From contig JAKLJI010000018.1 of the NCBI GenBank assembly GCA_023151275.1, forward strand, positions 2,653 through 66,652: 64,000 nt of DNA. The letters run 5' to 3'. This document shows, piece after piece, positions 20,894 through 30,467 of this stretch; within the stretch, counting starts at the first letter, position 1; every line of letters starts with the position of its first letter. Under the pieces are notes generated by a model that made no database searches, was not told the origin of the DNA, and saw nothing but the letters and a program-made list of their open reading frames with translations. A program made the translations under genes and the position numbers. Origin of the DNA: Bacteroidia bacterium. Its GTDB lineage: Bacteria; Bacteroidota; Bacteroidia; UKL13-3.

Positions 20894-21991
20894 TTAAACA
20901 TTAAATTTAAAATGCATTACATCACCGTCCCATACCACATATTCCTTGCCTTCCATGCTGAGTTTTCCATTCTCTCTGCAAGCAGCTTCAGAACCAAATT
21001 TGATATAGTCTTCGTAGTGTATTACTTCTGCTTTAATAAATCCGCGTTCAAAATCGGAGTGAATTACACCTGCCGCTTGTGGCGCTTTGAATCCTTTTTC
21101 AATGGTCCATGCGCGAACTTCCTGAACACCGGCTGTGAAATAGGTAATCAGATTTAACATGCGGTATGCCGCTTTAATCAATTTGGCCACTCCCGATTCT
21201 TGCAAACCCAAATCATTCAAAAAGGCCATCCTGTCTTCATAGCTTTCCAGTTGTGCGATATCCGCTTCAATGGCGGCAGAAATAACCAACACTTCAGCGT
21301 TTTCGGCCTTCACGGCTTCTTTCACTTTTTCAACGTGTTCGTTGCCCGAAATTACACTTCCTTCGTCCACATTGCACACATACATAACCGGCTTAAGGGT
21401 AAGCAGGAAAATGTCTTCTACATGTTTTAATTCTTCTTCAGAGGCATCTAATGTTCTGGCATTTTTGCCCTGTTCCAAATGCTCTTTGAAGCGGTTAAGT
21501 GCGGCTTCAGCTTTCACCGCATCTTTGTCGCCTGTTTTAGCTGCACGCGCAATCCGAAGCAATTTCTTTTCAACCGATTCAATGTCTTTCAGCTGAAGTT
21601 CAGTATCAATTACATCTTTATCCCGCAAAGGATTCACTGAACCATCTACGTGAATGATATTGTCGTTTTCAAAGCAACGCAATACGTGAATGATCGCATT
21701 GGTTTCGCGTATGTTTCCTAAAAATTGGTTACCCAATCCTTCACCTTTGGAAGCGCCTTTTACCAATCCGGCAATGTCAACAATTTCAATGGTGGTGGGT
21801 ACAATCCGGTTTGGCTTTACAAACTCGGCAAGCTGAGTTAAGCGTTCATCTGGAACGGTGATAACACCCACATTCGGGTCAATGGTGCAAAAGGGAAAGT
21901 TTGCAGCCTGTGCTTTTGCATTGCTCAGGCAATTGAATAAGGTTGATTTACCTACGTTGGGAAGCCCAACAATTCCACATTGCAATGCCAT
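20894..21991 (-). CDS. ychF: Redox-regulated ATPase YchF
   Basis: GIVGLPNVGKSTLFN, NFPFCTIDPN, DIAGLVKGASKGEGLGNQFL and a TGS C-terminus. Confidence 0.97.
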   Translation of the reverse strand: MALQCGIVGLPNVGKSTLFNCLSNAKAQAANFPFCTIDPNVGVITVPDERLTQLAEFVKPNRIVPTTIEIVDIAGLVKGASKGEGLGNQFLGNIRETNAIIHVLRCFENDNIIHVDGSVNPLRDKDVIDTELQLKDIESVEKKLLRIARAAKTGDKDAVKAEAALNRFKEHLEQGKNARTLDASEEELKHVEDIFLLTLKPVMYVCNVDEGSVISGNEHVEKVKEAVKAENAEVLVISAAIEADIAQLESYEDRMAFLNDLGLQESGVAKLIKAAYRMLNLITYFTAGVQEVRAWTIEKGFKAPQAAGVIHSDFERGFIKAEVIHYEDYIKFGSEAACRENGKLSMEGKEYVVWDGDVMHFKFNV

Positions 21992-21992
21992 A

Positions 21993-23411
21993 TTATCCTT
22001 TAATAAATTGTTTCATGTCCGAAATGATTTTCTCTGCCAAATTATTGGCTGTGGTTTCACTTGGACTTTCTGCGTAAATACGAATGATGGGTTCTGTATT
22101 CGACCTTCTAAGGTGAACCCATTCTTTATCAAACTCAATTTTCAAACCATCAACGGTGTTCATGGGTTGTTTTTTGTATTTCTCCTGAACCTGGTTCAAC
22201 AAGTTGTCGATATTGATTTCCGGAGTGAGTTCAATCTTCTTCTTGGCAATAAAATAGTCGGGATAGCTTTCACGCAGCATCGAGCAAATCTTTTTAGTTT
22301 TTGCCAAATGGGAAAGGAAAAGAGCAATACCTACCATGGCATCTCTGCCGTAATGCAATTCAGGAACGATAATTCCGCCATTGCCTTCTCCTCCAATAAC
22401 AGCTTTGGTTTCTTTCATCATTTTAACCACGTTCACCTCTCCAACAGCAGAGGCGTTGTAATTGCCTCCATGTTTTTCGGTTACATCACGCAGTGCGCGG
22501 GTTGATGATAGGTTAGATACTGTATTCTTTTCAAATCCTAAACGAGCCAAGTGCTCTTGACTGATATGTGTTAATACATAATCTGCAATGGCTACCAATG
22601 TGTACTCTTCGCCAAACATGCTACCATCTTCACTAACCAAAGCCAAGCGGTCAACATCCGGGTCAACAACTATTCCTAAATCGGCATTGTTGCGTTTTAC
22701 TTCACCGGAAATTGCAGTTAAGTTTTCAGGAAGTGGTTCCGGATTGTGTGGGAATTTTCCATCCGGCGTGCAATACATTTCGATAACATGGTTTACGCCA
22801 AGTGCACGAAGCAACTGCGGTACTGCAATTCCTCCGCTTGAATTCACAGCGTCAACCACTACTTTGAAATCAGCTGCTTTAATGGCTTCCGTATCTACCA
22901 ATTCAAGCTTCAGAATCTTGTCGATATGCTTTTGAATATAATCGTTACGCAACTCAACAGTTCCTAATTTGTCAACCTCTGCGTATTCAATCTGATTGTT
23001 TTCAGCAATTTGCAATACCTCTTTTCCCAATTCATCAGAGATAAATTCTCCTTTTGAATTCAAGAGCTTTAGTGCATTCCATTGCTTGGGATTGTGCGAG
23101 GCGGTAAGAATTATTCCACCATTTGCCTTTTCCATTACAACTGCCATTTCAACAGTCGGGGTAGTGCTTAATCCAAGGTCAATTACATCAATGCCCAAGC
23201 CCATAAGCGTGCCTGTAACCAAGCGGTTTACCAAATCTCCGCTCAAACGGGCATCACGACCCACCACAATTTTGCAGTCTTTGTCGGAATTACGCTTGAT
23301 GAGGGTTCCAAACGCAGATGTGAATTTAACCACATCAATTGGAGTTAATGCATCTCCCTGTTTTCCGCCTATGGTACCGCGGATTCCAGAAATGGATTTT
23401 ATCAGTGTCAA
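21993..23411 (-). CDS. glmM: Phosphoglucosamine mutase (phosphohexomutase)
   Basis: SISGIRG, TASHNP (phosphoserine), DPDVDR (metal loop), GGEGNGG and RRSNTEP; TTG start. Confidence 0.88.
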   Translation of the reverse strand: MTLIKSISGIRGTIGGKQGDALTPIDVVKFTSAFGTLIKRNSDKDCKIVVGRDARLSGDLVNRLVTGTLMGLGIDVIDLGLSTTPTVEMAVVMEKANGGIILTASHNPKQWNALKLLNSKGEFISDELGKEVLQIAENNQIEYAEVDKLGTVELRNDYIQKHIDKILKLELVDTEAIKAADFKVVVDAVNSSGGIAVPQLLRALGVNHVIEMYCTPDGKFPHNPEPLPENLTAISGEVKRNNADLGIVVDPDVDRLALVSEDGSMFGEEYTLVAIADYVLTHISQEHLARLGFEKNTVSNLSSTRALRDVTEKHGGNYNASAVGEVNVVKMMKETKAVIGGEGNGGIIVPELHYGRDAMVGIALFLSHLAKTKKICSMLRESYPDYFIAKKKIELTPEINIDNLLNQVQEKYKKQPMNTVDGLKIEFDKEWVHLRRSNTEPIIRIYAESPSETTANNLAEKIISDMKQFIKG

Positions 23412-23431
23412 AGCAATTGATTTTAGGGCTG

Positions 23432-23439
23432 CAAATTTA
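23432..23439 (-). promoter_or_regulatory. Bacteroidota primary-sigma -7 element (TAAATTTG) for glmM-ychF
   Basis: Exact TAnnTTTG match about 20 nt upstream of the glmM start; the -33 element is not clearly seen. Confidence 0.5.
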
Positions 23440-23545
23440 GGGTTATTGGTTCATATTGACTAAAACTAAGCAGTTTGATTGTGTAACTGGCAGGAAATGA
23501 GCAATGTCTAGCAATAAATTTTCTGATATTCTCCCGTCCTGAAAT

Positions 23546-23591
23546 AAAAAAAGGCTCATTTCCAGGAATTTATCCCAAAATGAGCCCTTTT
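23546..23591 (-). terminator. Terminator hairpin after the PKD/T9SS gene
   Basis: GGCTCATTT...AAATGAGCC stem flanked by an A-tract and a T-tract. Confidence 0.65.
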
Positions 23592-23607
23592 CTTGGTACT
23601 TGCCCTT

Positions 23608-25836
23608 TTATTCTTTAATCAGCTTTTTTTGGAGTACAGTTCCGTCTGCTAAATTCACACGAAGCAGATACATACCTGCTGAAAGCTGGCTGATGTTTAG
23701 ACCATCCTCCTGATTGCCCTCCAGGTTAATGAGCAATCTACCATTCATGTCGTAAACCTGACATAAAACAATTCGTTCATTTCCTTCTACTCGGATATTT
23801 ACCAGTTCACTTGCCGGATTAGGAAACACACTCCATTCTTTTACTGTGTAAAGCTGCTTTATCAAACCGGTACTTACCTCATTAGCGCCTACAACAATTT
23901 TGATGTCGTTTTTCGATTGTCCCAATCCATTCAATTGGATAGGTGATGTTGTTGTTACTTTACCTGGCATCTCAGCCCAAATGGTATAGTTTCCTGCGGG
24001 TAAGTTGGAGAAGCTAAAACTTCCGTTAGAATGCGAATGACCATACCCGCGAACCTTGCCTTTGTCATCCAACAAATACAGCAACATCTTGTCAACCGGC
24101 GTTCCATAAGCTATTGCTCCATTTTGCGAGTAGTTTCCATTGCCATAAATTACTTTGCCTCCTAGCTGACTTTCTCCAAATTCCATAGAATTAAAAGGGA
24201 GTAATTCAATATCTATTCCTGTTCGGTTTGAATTCAATACCGTAATTACCCCAGCATCATCCCAATTCATGGCAGATGGATAATAGGTAGGAATATAATA
24301 TCCGTTGGTTTCTGGGTCGAATGCGAAATTGGATTGAATCAAAAAATAGCCGGGAGGAAGCAGAAATGAATAATCTCCATTTTCATCTGTTATGGTTTCA
24401 TCAAGGTAAGTTAAGGTTCCCCGATTTGGCTCATAAGCTATGCAATACACTTGCGTGTATGGTGTTCCTTTTCCTTGTGATTTTACCTTTCCCGATAAGG
24501 TTAGAATAGCCCCGGCCCCTGTCACTTTTGTTGCTGAATCTATGCAACCTCCGGGTACTGTAAGGGTAAGTGTTAAAGTGTAAATTCCCGGATTCTGGTA
24601 TTCATGTCGGTAATTCAAACTGTCAATTCCTGTGCTAAATTGTCCATCTCCCCAATTGATACTCACTTGTGGGGTTAAGGAAGTACCGTAAACCTGGTTG
24701 AAGGTAAATAGCTCCAGGGCATTCCCATCTGGTAAAGTAACAAATGCAGGTTTACATAAAGGAATCTGATTTGTTACTTTAATAAGTTTACAATTGCGAA
24801 AGGTAAATCCGCATCCTCCGAGACCAAATGAACTCACACAAACCGTATAGCTACCGGTGTCTTTGTAAATATGCGTAAGGTTTAAATCTGAATCTACCTG
24901 TTTTTCTTCTCCATCGCCAAAAGAAACAAGATAGATTTCAGGAAACAAGGACTGCTTTGGAATGATATTTACGGTCAATAATTGATTGCTTAAACTTGTG
25001 CTTAAATTAAAGCCGCATCGGCTTGTGTCTGGTAGGTAAATTTTGCCATAGGCTGTGTCCTGGCATAATCCATCCAGGAGCAATAATACTTCAGTTTCCG
25101 GCTGTCCGGAATAGGGCAGGAATAAGGATTTGCTTTGAAAAACCTGATTGCCAACATACCAGAAATACCTGGTGTTTGAATCGGTGGTAATACTTTCGTT
25201 TATCAACTCAACTCCTGTGTTGGAATAAATCGCCTGAAAGCCTGCTTTGCAATAATTTTCAAGTTCAACATGTAAATTAAATGAGGCATAGTCAACCTGA
25301 TTGTCAGTATCTCTTACGGCAAGGGTTATTTGAAATTGGCCCGGGAATTGAAATTTTTGCGTGAAACTATCTGGTCCTTCCGATAAGGGCCCATTTCCAA
25401 AGCTCCAATACCGCGAAGCAATAGGAAGTACACTTTTACTGGTGTCTTTGAAGGCATACAGTCCATCGCTTAATTTGGTAATTTGAATTCCGGCATGAAT
25501 TGTTTTTGTGCCAGATAGGTTTACGGTTTTACAAGTCCTTCTTACATTGCTGGTGCAAAGGGTGTCAATTACACAAACGGTGTAGGTTCCCGGGTTTTTG
25601 TAGGACCTGCTGAGATGCCTGTCCCAAGCCTCTTCCGGACCATTGCCATCCCCATAATCCACAAAGTAGCGGGTAATTCCGGGTAAAATAGAATCTGCCA
25701 ATAGAAAAACCTCAATTTGCTGTGCTGATTTCCAAAGATTGAATCGAGTATCACAGGATTGAGCAAAGCTTTTTCCAAGTCCAAGTAGGCTTAGAAATAC
25801 CAAAATGATAATGCGGTTAATGCTTGTTAATTTCAT
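23608..25836 (-). CDS. T9SS-secreted multi-PKD-domain protein with carboxypeptidase-regulatory-like repeats
   Basis: Repeated xDYGDG/SFGDG/NWGDG...H.Y..PG.Y.V PKD motifs, YIPTYY..A..W, and a C-terminal VFPNPASE...SAGMYLL T9SS CTD. Start moved to the ATG at 25836 (MKLTSINRII, signal peptide). Confidence 0.82.
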   Translation of the reverse strand: MKLTSINRIIILVFLSLLGLGKSFAQSCDTRFNLWKSAQQIEVFLLADSILPGITRYFVDYGDGNGPEEAWDRHLSRSYKNPGTYTVCVIDTLCTSNVRRTCKTVNLSGTKTIHAGIQITKLSDGLYAFKDTSKSVLPIASRYWSFGNGPLSEGPDSFTQKFQFPGQFQITLAVRDTDNQVDYASFNLHVELENYCKAGFQAIYSNTGVELINESITTDSNTRYFWYVGNQVFQSKSLFLPYSGQPETEVLLLLDGLCQDTAYGKIYLPDTSRCGFNLSTSLSNQLLTVNIIPKQSLFPEIYLVSFGDGEEKQVDSDLNLTHIYKDTGSYTVCVSSFGLGGCGFTFRNCKLIKVTNQIPLCKPAFVTLPDGNALELFTFNQVYGTSLTPQVSINWGDGQFSTGIDSLNYRHEYQNPGIYTLTLTLTVPGGCIDSATKVTGAGAILTLSGKVKSQGKGTPYTQVYCIAYEPNRGTLTYLDETITDENGDYSFLLPPGYFLIQSNFAFDPETNGYYIPTYYPSAMNWDDAGVITVLNSNRTGIDIELLPFNSMEFGESQLGGKVIYGNGNYSQNGAIAYGTPVDKMLLYLLDDKGKVRGYGHSHSNGSFSFSNLPAGNYTIWAEMPGKVTTTSPIQLNGLGQSKNDIKIVVGANEVSTGLIKQLYTVKEWSVFPNPASELVNIRVEGNERIVLCQVYDMNGRLLINLEGNQEDGLNISQLSAGMYLLRVNLADGTVLQKKLIKE

Positions 25837-25847
25837 ACGATGAGTTG

Positions 25848-27101
25848 TTAAAAGTTGAACCTGATACCGGCCATCAACTGAATGCTTTGTCGTTCTTGTT
25901 GATTGGTTGCCATTCTGTACCTGGCTTGAACATAGGGTCCCCAATTGATTCCTGCTTTGTATCCGTAAGAAACTCCCGCTAATGGCGCCATTAGCAAGCT
26001 GTTTCTTGTTTTCCAGATTAATAGGTTTTTTGGGTCATTGCTCAATTCTTGAATTCGCTCTTCCAGACGGCCGGTTTCTAATCCACCAAATAGACGCAGT
26101 TGATGCCTGAGGTTGCCTGCTTCAATGCCAAAAATTAATGGAATTGAATAGGATCTTACTTCATGCTTGGTTCTAATACTTTTGTTTTCGGTGTATTCCA
26201 CTTCATGCCATGCTGTATCCATATCCATCACAATTCGTGCAGCAGAGGGGTCAAATTTTAAGCTGGTATCAATATGGTCAATTTCCATTTTTCTTGTTTG
26301 GACTTGATAGTCTAATACATTCCAATTGCTTCCAATTGAATAGCTAAATCCTGCGCCGGCAAAAATGTATTTATTCAGGTAAATACCTCCTTGAATTCCA
26401 AAAGTAGGCAAGGCGGATAACTGATTTTTTGATTCCGTTTTTATCGGTGTTTCACTTACCCCAAAGCCTAAATCAAGCCAAGTCTCCTTTTTCTTTTTCC
26501 CCGGTTTGAAGTAGGAAACTTCTAGCGGTTTGCGTAGTTCAACTAAACTTGAGGCAAAGGGTCCTTGCCAATTAAGATTGTTGATAAAATGGATATCTGA
26601 AGTAGTTGATGTTTTTGCATTCATTTCATCGTTCAGATTGCCGGATTCTGCCAATGCAAATAGTTGATTATCTAGTTGGATTTCTTCCGTTTTTAATTCT
26701 TGTATTTTGCTGAGTTCGGTTTTTTCAGGGGACCTAAAGTTTAGCCTGTTTGTTACAAGCTTCTTCTCTTTGTTTGATTCGGAATTGGATGCTGTTTGAA
26801 TTGACTTTTCCTGGTACACTGGTAGTTTAACTTCTGGGAAAGCTTTAATCTGTATTACTTGTTGTTTAGCTCCAATTGATTGTTCAGTTTGGCGAATGCT
26901 GTACTTCCAACCTGCCCAAAGTGCGCTTGAGCCAAGTATCAACCCAATGGGTAACCACCACCAAATGGCTTTTCTTTTTTTCTCGGGTTTATGGTAATGC
27001 TTTTCAAAAGCCTCCCAGTCTGCATCGTTGGCGGCCTCCTCATTTAGCATTCTGAGTTTTTTACCCAGTTGGTTTAAAAATGGATCAGTGGGTAAGGACA
27101 T
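25848..27101 (-). CDS. Membrane-anchored putative anti-sigma-like protein with a C-terminal beta-barrel-like region
   Basis: Short N-terminal cytoplasmic segment, KKRKAIWWWLP TM helix, low-complexity linker, amphipathic beta strands ending AGIRFNF; overlaps the ECF sigma gene. Confidence 0.55.
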   Translation of the reverse strand: MSLPTDPFLNQLGKKLRMLNEEAANDADWEAFEKHYHKPEKKRKAIWWWLPIGLILGSSALWAGWKYSIRQTEQSIGAKQQVIQIKAFPEVKLPVYQEKSIQTASNSESNKEKKLVTNRLNFRSPEKTELSKIQELKTEEIQLDNQLFALAESGNLNDEMNAKTSTTSDIHFINNLNWQGPFASSLVELRKPLEVSYFKPGKKKKETWLDLGFGVSETPIKTESKNQLSALPTFGIQGGIYLNKYIFAGAGFSYSIGSNWNVLDYQVQTRKMEIDHIDTSLKFDPSAARIVMDMDTAWHEVEYTENKSIRTKHEVRSYSIPLIFGIEAGNLRHQLRLFGGLETGRLEERIQELSNDPKNLLIWKTRNSLLMAPLAGVSYGYKAGINWGPYVQARYRMATNQQERQSIQLMAGIRFNF

Positions 27102-27648
27102 GAGAATTCAGGTTTAATACTAATTTTTTTAAATAGGTTCTTGCTTTTGCCACTTGCGATTTTGAAGTTCCTTCAGAAATCCCAAGCATCGAAGAAATTT
27201 GCTTGTGCGAAAAGCCTTCCACAGCAAATAAGTTGAGAATGGTTCGATAGCCTTCAGGCAATTGATTCATCAGCTTCAATACTTTTTCAGGTTCGAGCTG
27301 TTCCAAGCTGTCGGTTGCTTCTTCCTCCAACTCCTCCGGATGCAGTTCTTCGCCCAAATCGTCAATCCGCTCAAACATCATTTTTTTGTTTTTCCGGATT
27401 TGATTTAGTGCATGGTTTACCATGATCCGGCTAATCCAAGTTTTTAAACTGCTTTCCTGCCTGAAGCTAGGAAGGTTGTCGAACACCTTCATAAAGCCTT
27501 CCATCACTAAGTCACGGGCTTCCTCCTCATTGCTGGCATAGCGTTTTAAAACCGAAAGCATACTTGAAAAATACCGCTGAAAAAGAAGCTTCTGTGCATC
27601 CCTTTTGCCAGAAATACAATCCTGAATTAAACGGTATTCTTCTTCCAT
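27085..27648 (-). CDS. ECF RNA polymerase sigma factor
   Basis: Region 2 EARDLVMEGFMKVF...LKTWISRIMVN; region 4 LPEGYRTILNLFAVEGFSHKQIS..LGISEGTSKSQ. The ATG at 27648 is preferred over the TTG at 27657. Confidence 0.93.
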   Translation of the reverse strand: MEEEYRLIQDCISGKRDAQKLLFQRYFSSMLSVLKRYASNEEEARDLVMEGFMKVFDNLPSFRQESSLKTWISRIMVNHALNQIRKNKKMMFERIDDLGEELHPEELEEEATDSLEQLEPEKVLKLMNQLPEGYRTILNLFAVEGFSHKQISSMLGISEGTSKSQVAKARTYLKKLVLNLNSHVLTH

Positions 27649-27659
27649 GTAGTTCAATT

Positions 27660-27684
27660 GACAGGTTTTGCTGCCGGTGGTTGC
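27660..27684 (-). promoter_or_regulatory. Putative autoregulatory ECF promoter (GCAACC-N15-TGTC)
   Basis: The minus strand reads GCAACCACCGGCAGCAAAACCTGTC immediately upstream of the ECF gene, matching the AAC/-35 and GTC/-10 ECF pattern. Confidence 0.5.
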
Positions 27685-27819
27685 CTGAAATTGTAGAATA
27701 GTTGTTTCATAGTGTTAGTTTTTGATTTTATTCAACTGGTTTTTAGAGGTATAAGGATGAAATATTTAATTGCTTGAACCAGTTGAATCAACCATGTGTA
27801 TTGCTACAAATTGCTGAAA

Positions 27820-28953
27820 ATGAAAAACCTGATTGTCCCCATTTTGTTTTTGTGGAGCCTAGTTGCCTCCGCTCAAAAACCTGAACCTATCTATAGTTTT
27901 GCGCGCTCGGCCAAAAACATAACTTGGTTTGAAGAACAGGCGGGTTTATGGAAATTGGAAGTCGAAAAGAATCCGCAGAATGCCTATGCTTGGTACAATT
28001 ATTACCGTGCAACCCGAAATGTGAATAGATTAAGCAAGGGCTCCACACCATTTGCTGAGCGTTTAAAACAAGAGAAGGCACTGGTTGCAGAAATGGAGAA
28101 AGTTGTTCCAAATTCCTTCGAATACAATTTGTGTCGTTATTTGGTTGAGGGAAATAATCCGGAATTCCTTAGCTATTTGAAGAAAGCAGATGAATTAGGG
28201 CCAAATAGAACAGAGCACCTTTCGGATATGATTGCCTGGAAGGAGATGGAGCGAGATACTATTCAACGAGATAAATACGCAATTAGATGGCACAGCTCTG
28301 AAGAAAGTTCACCAGGTTTATTGAATTACAATTACAATGTGTTAGCCGGACTACCTAAACATGCCATTTTATTAACTGCAGGCGACAATGATACCTACCC
28401 TGCGTGGACACTTCAAGCCAAAGGTTTTAGAAGAGATGTTTTGGTTTTGAACCTAAGTTTACTTCGGATTGAAAAATACAGAAACAAAGTGTTTGAGGAG
28501 TTGGGAATCAAGGTTCGCCTAAAAGATGCAATGCTTACAGATTCGCTTTTGGTATCTGCAATTAAAGGAGCAGCTGGGAATAGAACTGTTTACATTGCAC
28601 TAACTTGCGGGCAAGATGTGGTAGATAAGTTTGCAGCTGAATTGCATCTCTGTGGATTGGCATATCGCCTGCACAGTGGTTCCTGGGATAATTTGGCCGA
28701 ACTTCAGAATAATATTGAAAAGCGTTATTTATTAGACTACCTCAAAGAGACCTTTTATAAAGATATTGCTGAAACTTGGACTCGTGCCACTCACAAAAAC
28801 TATATCGTTCCATTCATGAAATTAACCGAACATTATAAACTAGCTGGAAAAACAGAAGAGTTTGAAAAAATGCGCGATTTGATTCAAAGGATTACAAAAG
28901 GAACAGAACTCGAACAAGAAGTTGGAAATTGGTTAAATCAAGTTAAGAATTAA
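27820..28953 (+). CDS. Exported hypothetical protein: helical N-terminus plus a DUF2723/TMEM260-like soluble domain
   Basis: Signal peptide MKNLIVPILFLWSLVASAQ; motif HAILLTAGDNDTYPAW..Q..GFRRDVLVLNLSLL. Confidence 0.6.
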   Translation: MKNLIVPILFLWSLVASAQKPEPIYSFARSAKNITWFEEQAGLWKLEVEKNPQNAYAWYNYYRATRNVNRLSKGSTPFAERLKQEKALVAEMEKVVPNSFEYNLCRYLVEGNNPEFLSYLKKADELGPNRTEHLSDMIAWKEMERDTIQRDKYAIRWHSSEESSPGLLNYNYNVLAGLPKHAILLTAGDNDTYPAWTLQAKGFRRDVLVLNLSLLRIEKYRNKVFEELGIKVRLKDAMLTDSLLVSAIKGAAGNRTVYIALTCGQDVVDKFAAELHLCGLAYRLHSGSWDNLAELQNNIEKRYLLDYLKETFYKDIAETWTRATHKNYIVPFMKLTEHYKLAGKTEEFEKMRDLIQRITKGTELEQEVGNWLNQVKN

Positions 28954-28955
28954 TC

Positions 28956-29501
28956 TTGAGTCAGCTTAGCGACGAAATACTTGCTCATCAGGCTATGAAC
29001 GGTTCAGAGAAAGCTGTGTCGGAATTGTACCGACGTTGGTTTTCAAAGCTTCGTTCATTTGCCTGTCGTTATGTTGGCAATCAGCAGGAGGCCGAAGATT
29101 TGGTTCAGGAATTGTTCCTGAAATGGGTAAATAGGCCAGAGCTTTTTGATTCGGGAAGAACTTTTTCCTCCTGGATTTTTGTTTCACTTCGCAACCAATG
29201 CCTAAATGTTATCCGAAACGATAAGAATAGAAAGGCTTTGGCCGAAATGCATTTTGCTCCCGAACCCCTGATTCAACCCAATCAAAGCCTAGATGCTAAA
29301 CAGTTAAAAATGGAATTGGCATCTTGGTACAAGACTTTAAACGAAAAGGAACGCTTGGTTTTTGTTTTACGTTTTGAACATGGCTTGCCCCTAAAGGAGA
29401 TTGCTGAGATTGCCGGTATTCCTGAAGGTTCGGTTAAATCGTGTTTGTTTTATTTGTTAAAAAAAGTTTCCCCAATTGCTAAAACATACTCAAATGGATA
29501 A
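28956..29501 (+). CDS. ECF RNA polymerase sigma factor
   Basis: EAEDLVQELFLK, FSSWIF..LRNQCLN, R.VFVLRFEHGL..KEIAEI.GIPEGSVKS motifs; TTG start. Confidence 0.9.
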   Translation: MSQLSDEILAHQAMNGSEKAVSELYRRWFSKLRSFACRYVGNQQEAEDLVQELFLKWVNRPELFDSGRTFSSWIFVSLRNQCLNVIRNDKNRKALAEMHFAPEPLIQPNQSLDAKQLKMELASWYKTLNEKERLVFVLRFEHGLPLKEIAEIAGIPEGSVKSCLFYLLKKVSPIAKTYSNG

Positions 29502-30084
29502 GGAATTTAATTTTCCCGAGGAATGGCTCTTGCACAAATTTGATGACCTGGATGAGGTTCAACAACAGCAGGTATTGCAGGAAATGCGAGTGGATGAGTT
29601 CAAGGAATTACAAGAAGCCCATAGCTTTCTCTTGAATAGCTTTCAATTACCTCAAGAGGAGCCTTTGGCTATACCCAATTTTCAGCCCAAACAAAAAGGT
29701 AAAATGAAGCTAATTCTTTCTCCATTTTGGCAGGCCGCTGCAGTACTTATTCTTATTGGAATTTCCTTTTTGGCAGGCAGGCAATTGCAAATTTCCATGC
29801 AACCCAAAGAGTTGAGTTTGCATGATACTGTTTACCTACAGGCCGGACTTCCGGATACTATTTACCAATTCGATACTGTGTACTTAATTAAAGAGCGATG
29901 GCTGATTGCCAAGCATAAAAGCTTGAGTCGAATTGAATCCTTAAATCCTGAGTTCAATCCTGGTGATTCGCAGCTATTTGGACGAAACCCACTTGATGAA
30001 TTGGAGCATTTGAAGAATAAATCCAAAAACCTCGATTTTAGGGACGACAGTTTGCTCCGGAACTTCTCCTTTGTGCGTATTTAA
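29494..30084 (+). CDS. Putative anti-sigma factor (single TM)
   Basis: Overlaps the ECF stop; PFWQAAAVLILIGISFLAG TM helix; DTVYL repeats. Confidence 0.6.
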   Translation: MDKEFNFPEEWLLHKFDDLDEVQQQQVLQEMRVDEFKELQEAHSFLLNSFQLPQEEPLAIPNFQPKQKGKMKLILSPFWQAAAVLILIGISFLAGRQLQISMQPKELSLHDTVYLQAGLPDTIYQFDTVYLIKERWLIAKHKSLSRIESLNPEFNPGDSQLFGRNPLDELEHLKNKSKNLDFRDDSLLRNFSFVRI

Positions 30085-30282
30085 CCCGGAATATGAATCT
30101 GTCCATCTTTATTGCCCTGTAACCTGAATAATGCAATAAATTAGCTATTTCGTTCCAAAATGCCTGTGAAATTGCCCCTTTCTCTCCCTCATTATATCAA
30201 AACGGGTATGCTTACTCTCGAAACGGCCAATTTCTATGGCCTTTTGTTCCTCATGACGAAGTTCAATTGCATAATCCGGGTT
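30083..30282 (-). mobile_element. MITE/ERIC-like non-autonomous element, copy 1
   Basis: The minus strand reads AACCCGGATTATGCAATTGAACTTCGTCATGA...GAAATTGGCCGTTTC...CAATTTCACAGGCATTTTGG...CATATTCCGGGTT, homologous to 48399-48579 and 60713-60875; terminal inverted repeats. Confidence 0.8.
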
Positions 30283-30467
30283 TAATGGAATGACCTGTTA
30301 AATTTTGATAAATTTTTGATTAGGGATTCTTCAACCTCAAGCGTTTTGGATTGAATTTTTCCCAGATTTTCAAGTGAAATTCGGGCTTTTGGGCAATTGG
30401 TTGAGGAGGCTGATTATTCATCCCCCGGAAAAATTAGAGCAAAAAAAATCCAGCAATTCGCTGGATA

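Noticed and set aside
21858-23463. Long antisense ORFs over glmM and ychF
   Set aside because: They are antisense shadows of conserved housekeeping genes and have no recognisable motifs.
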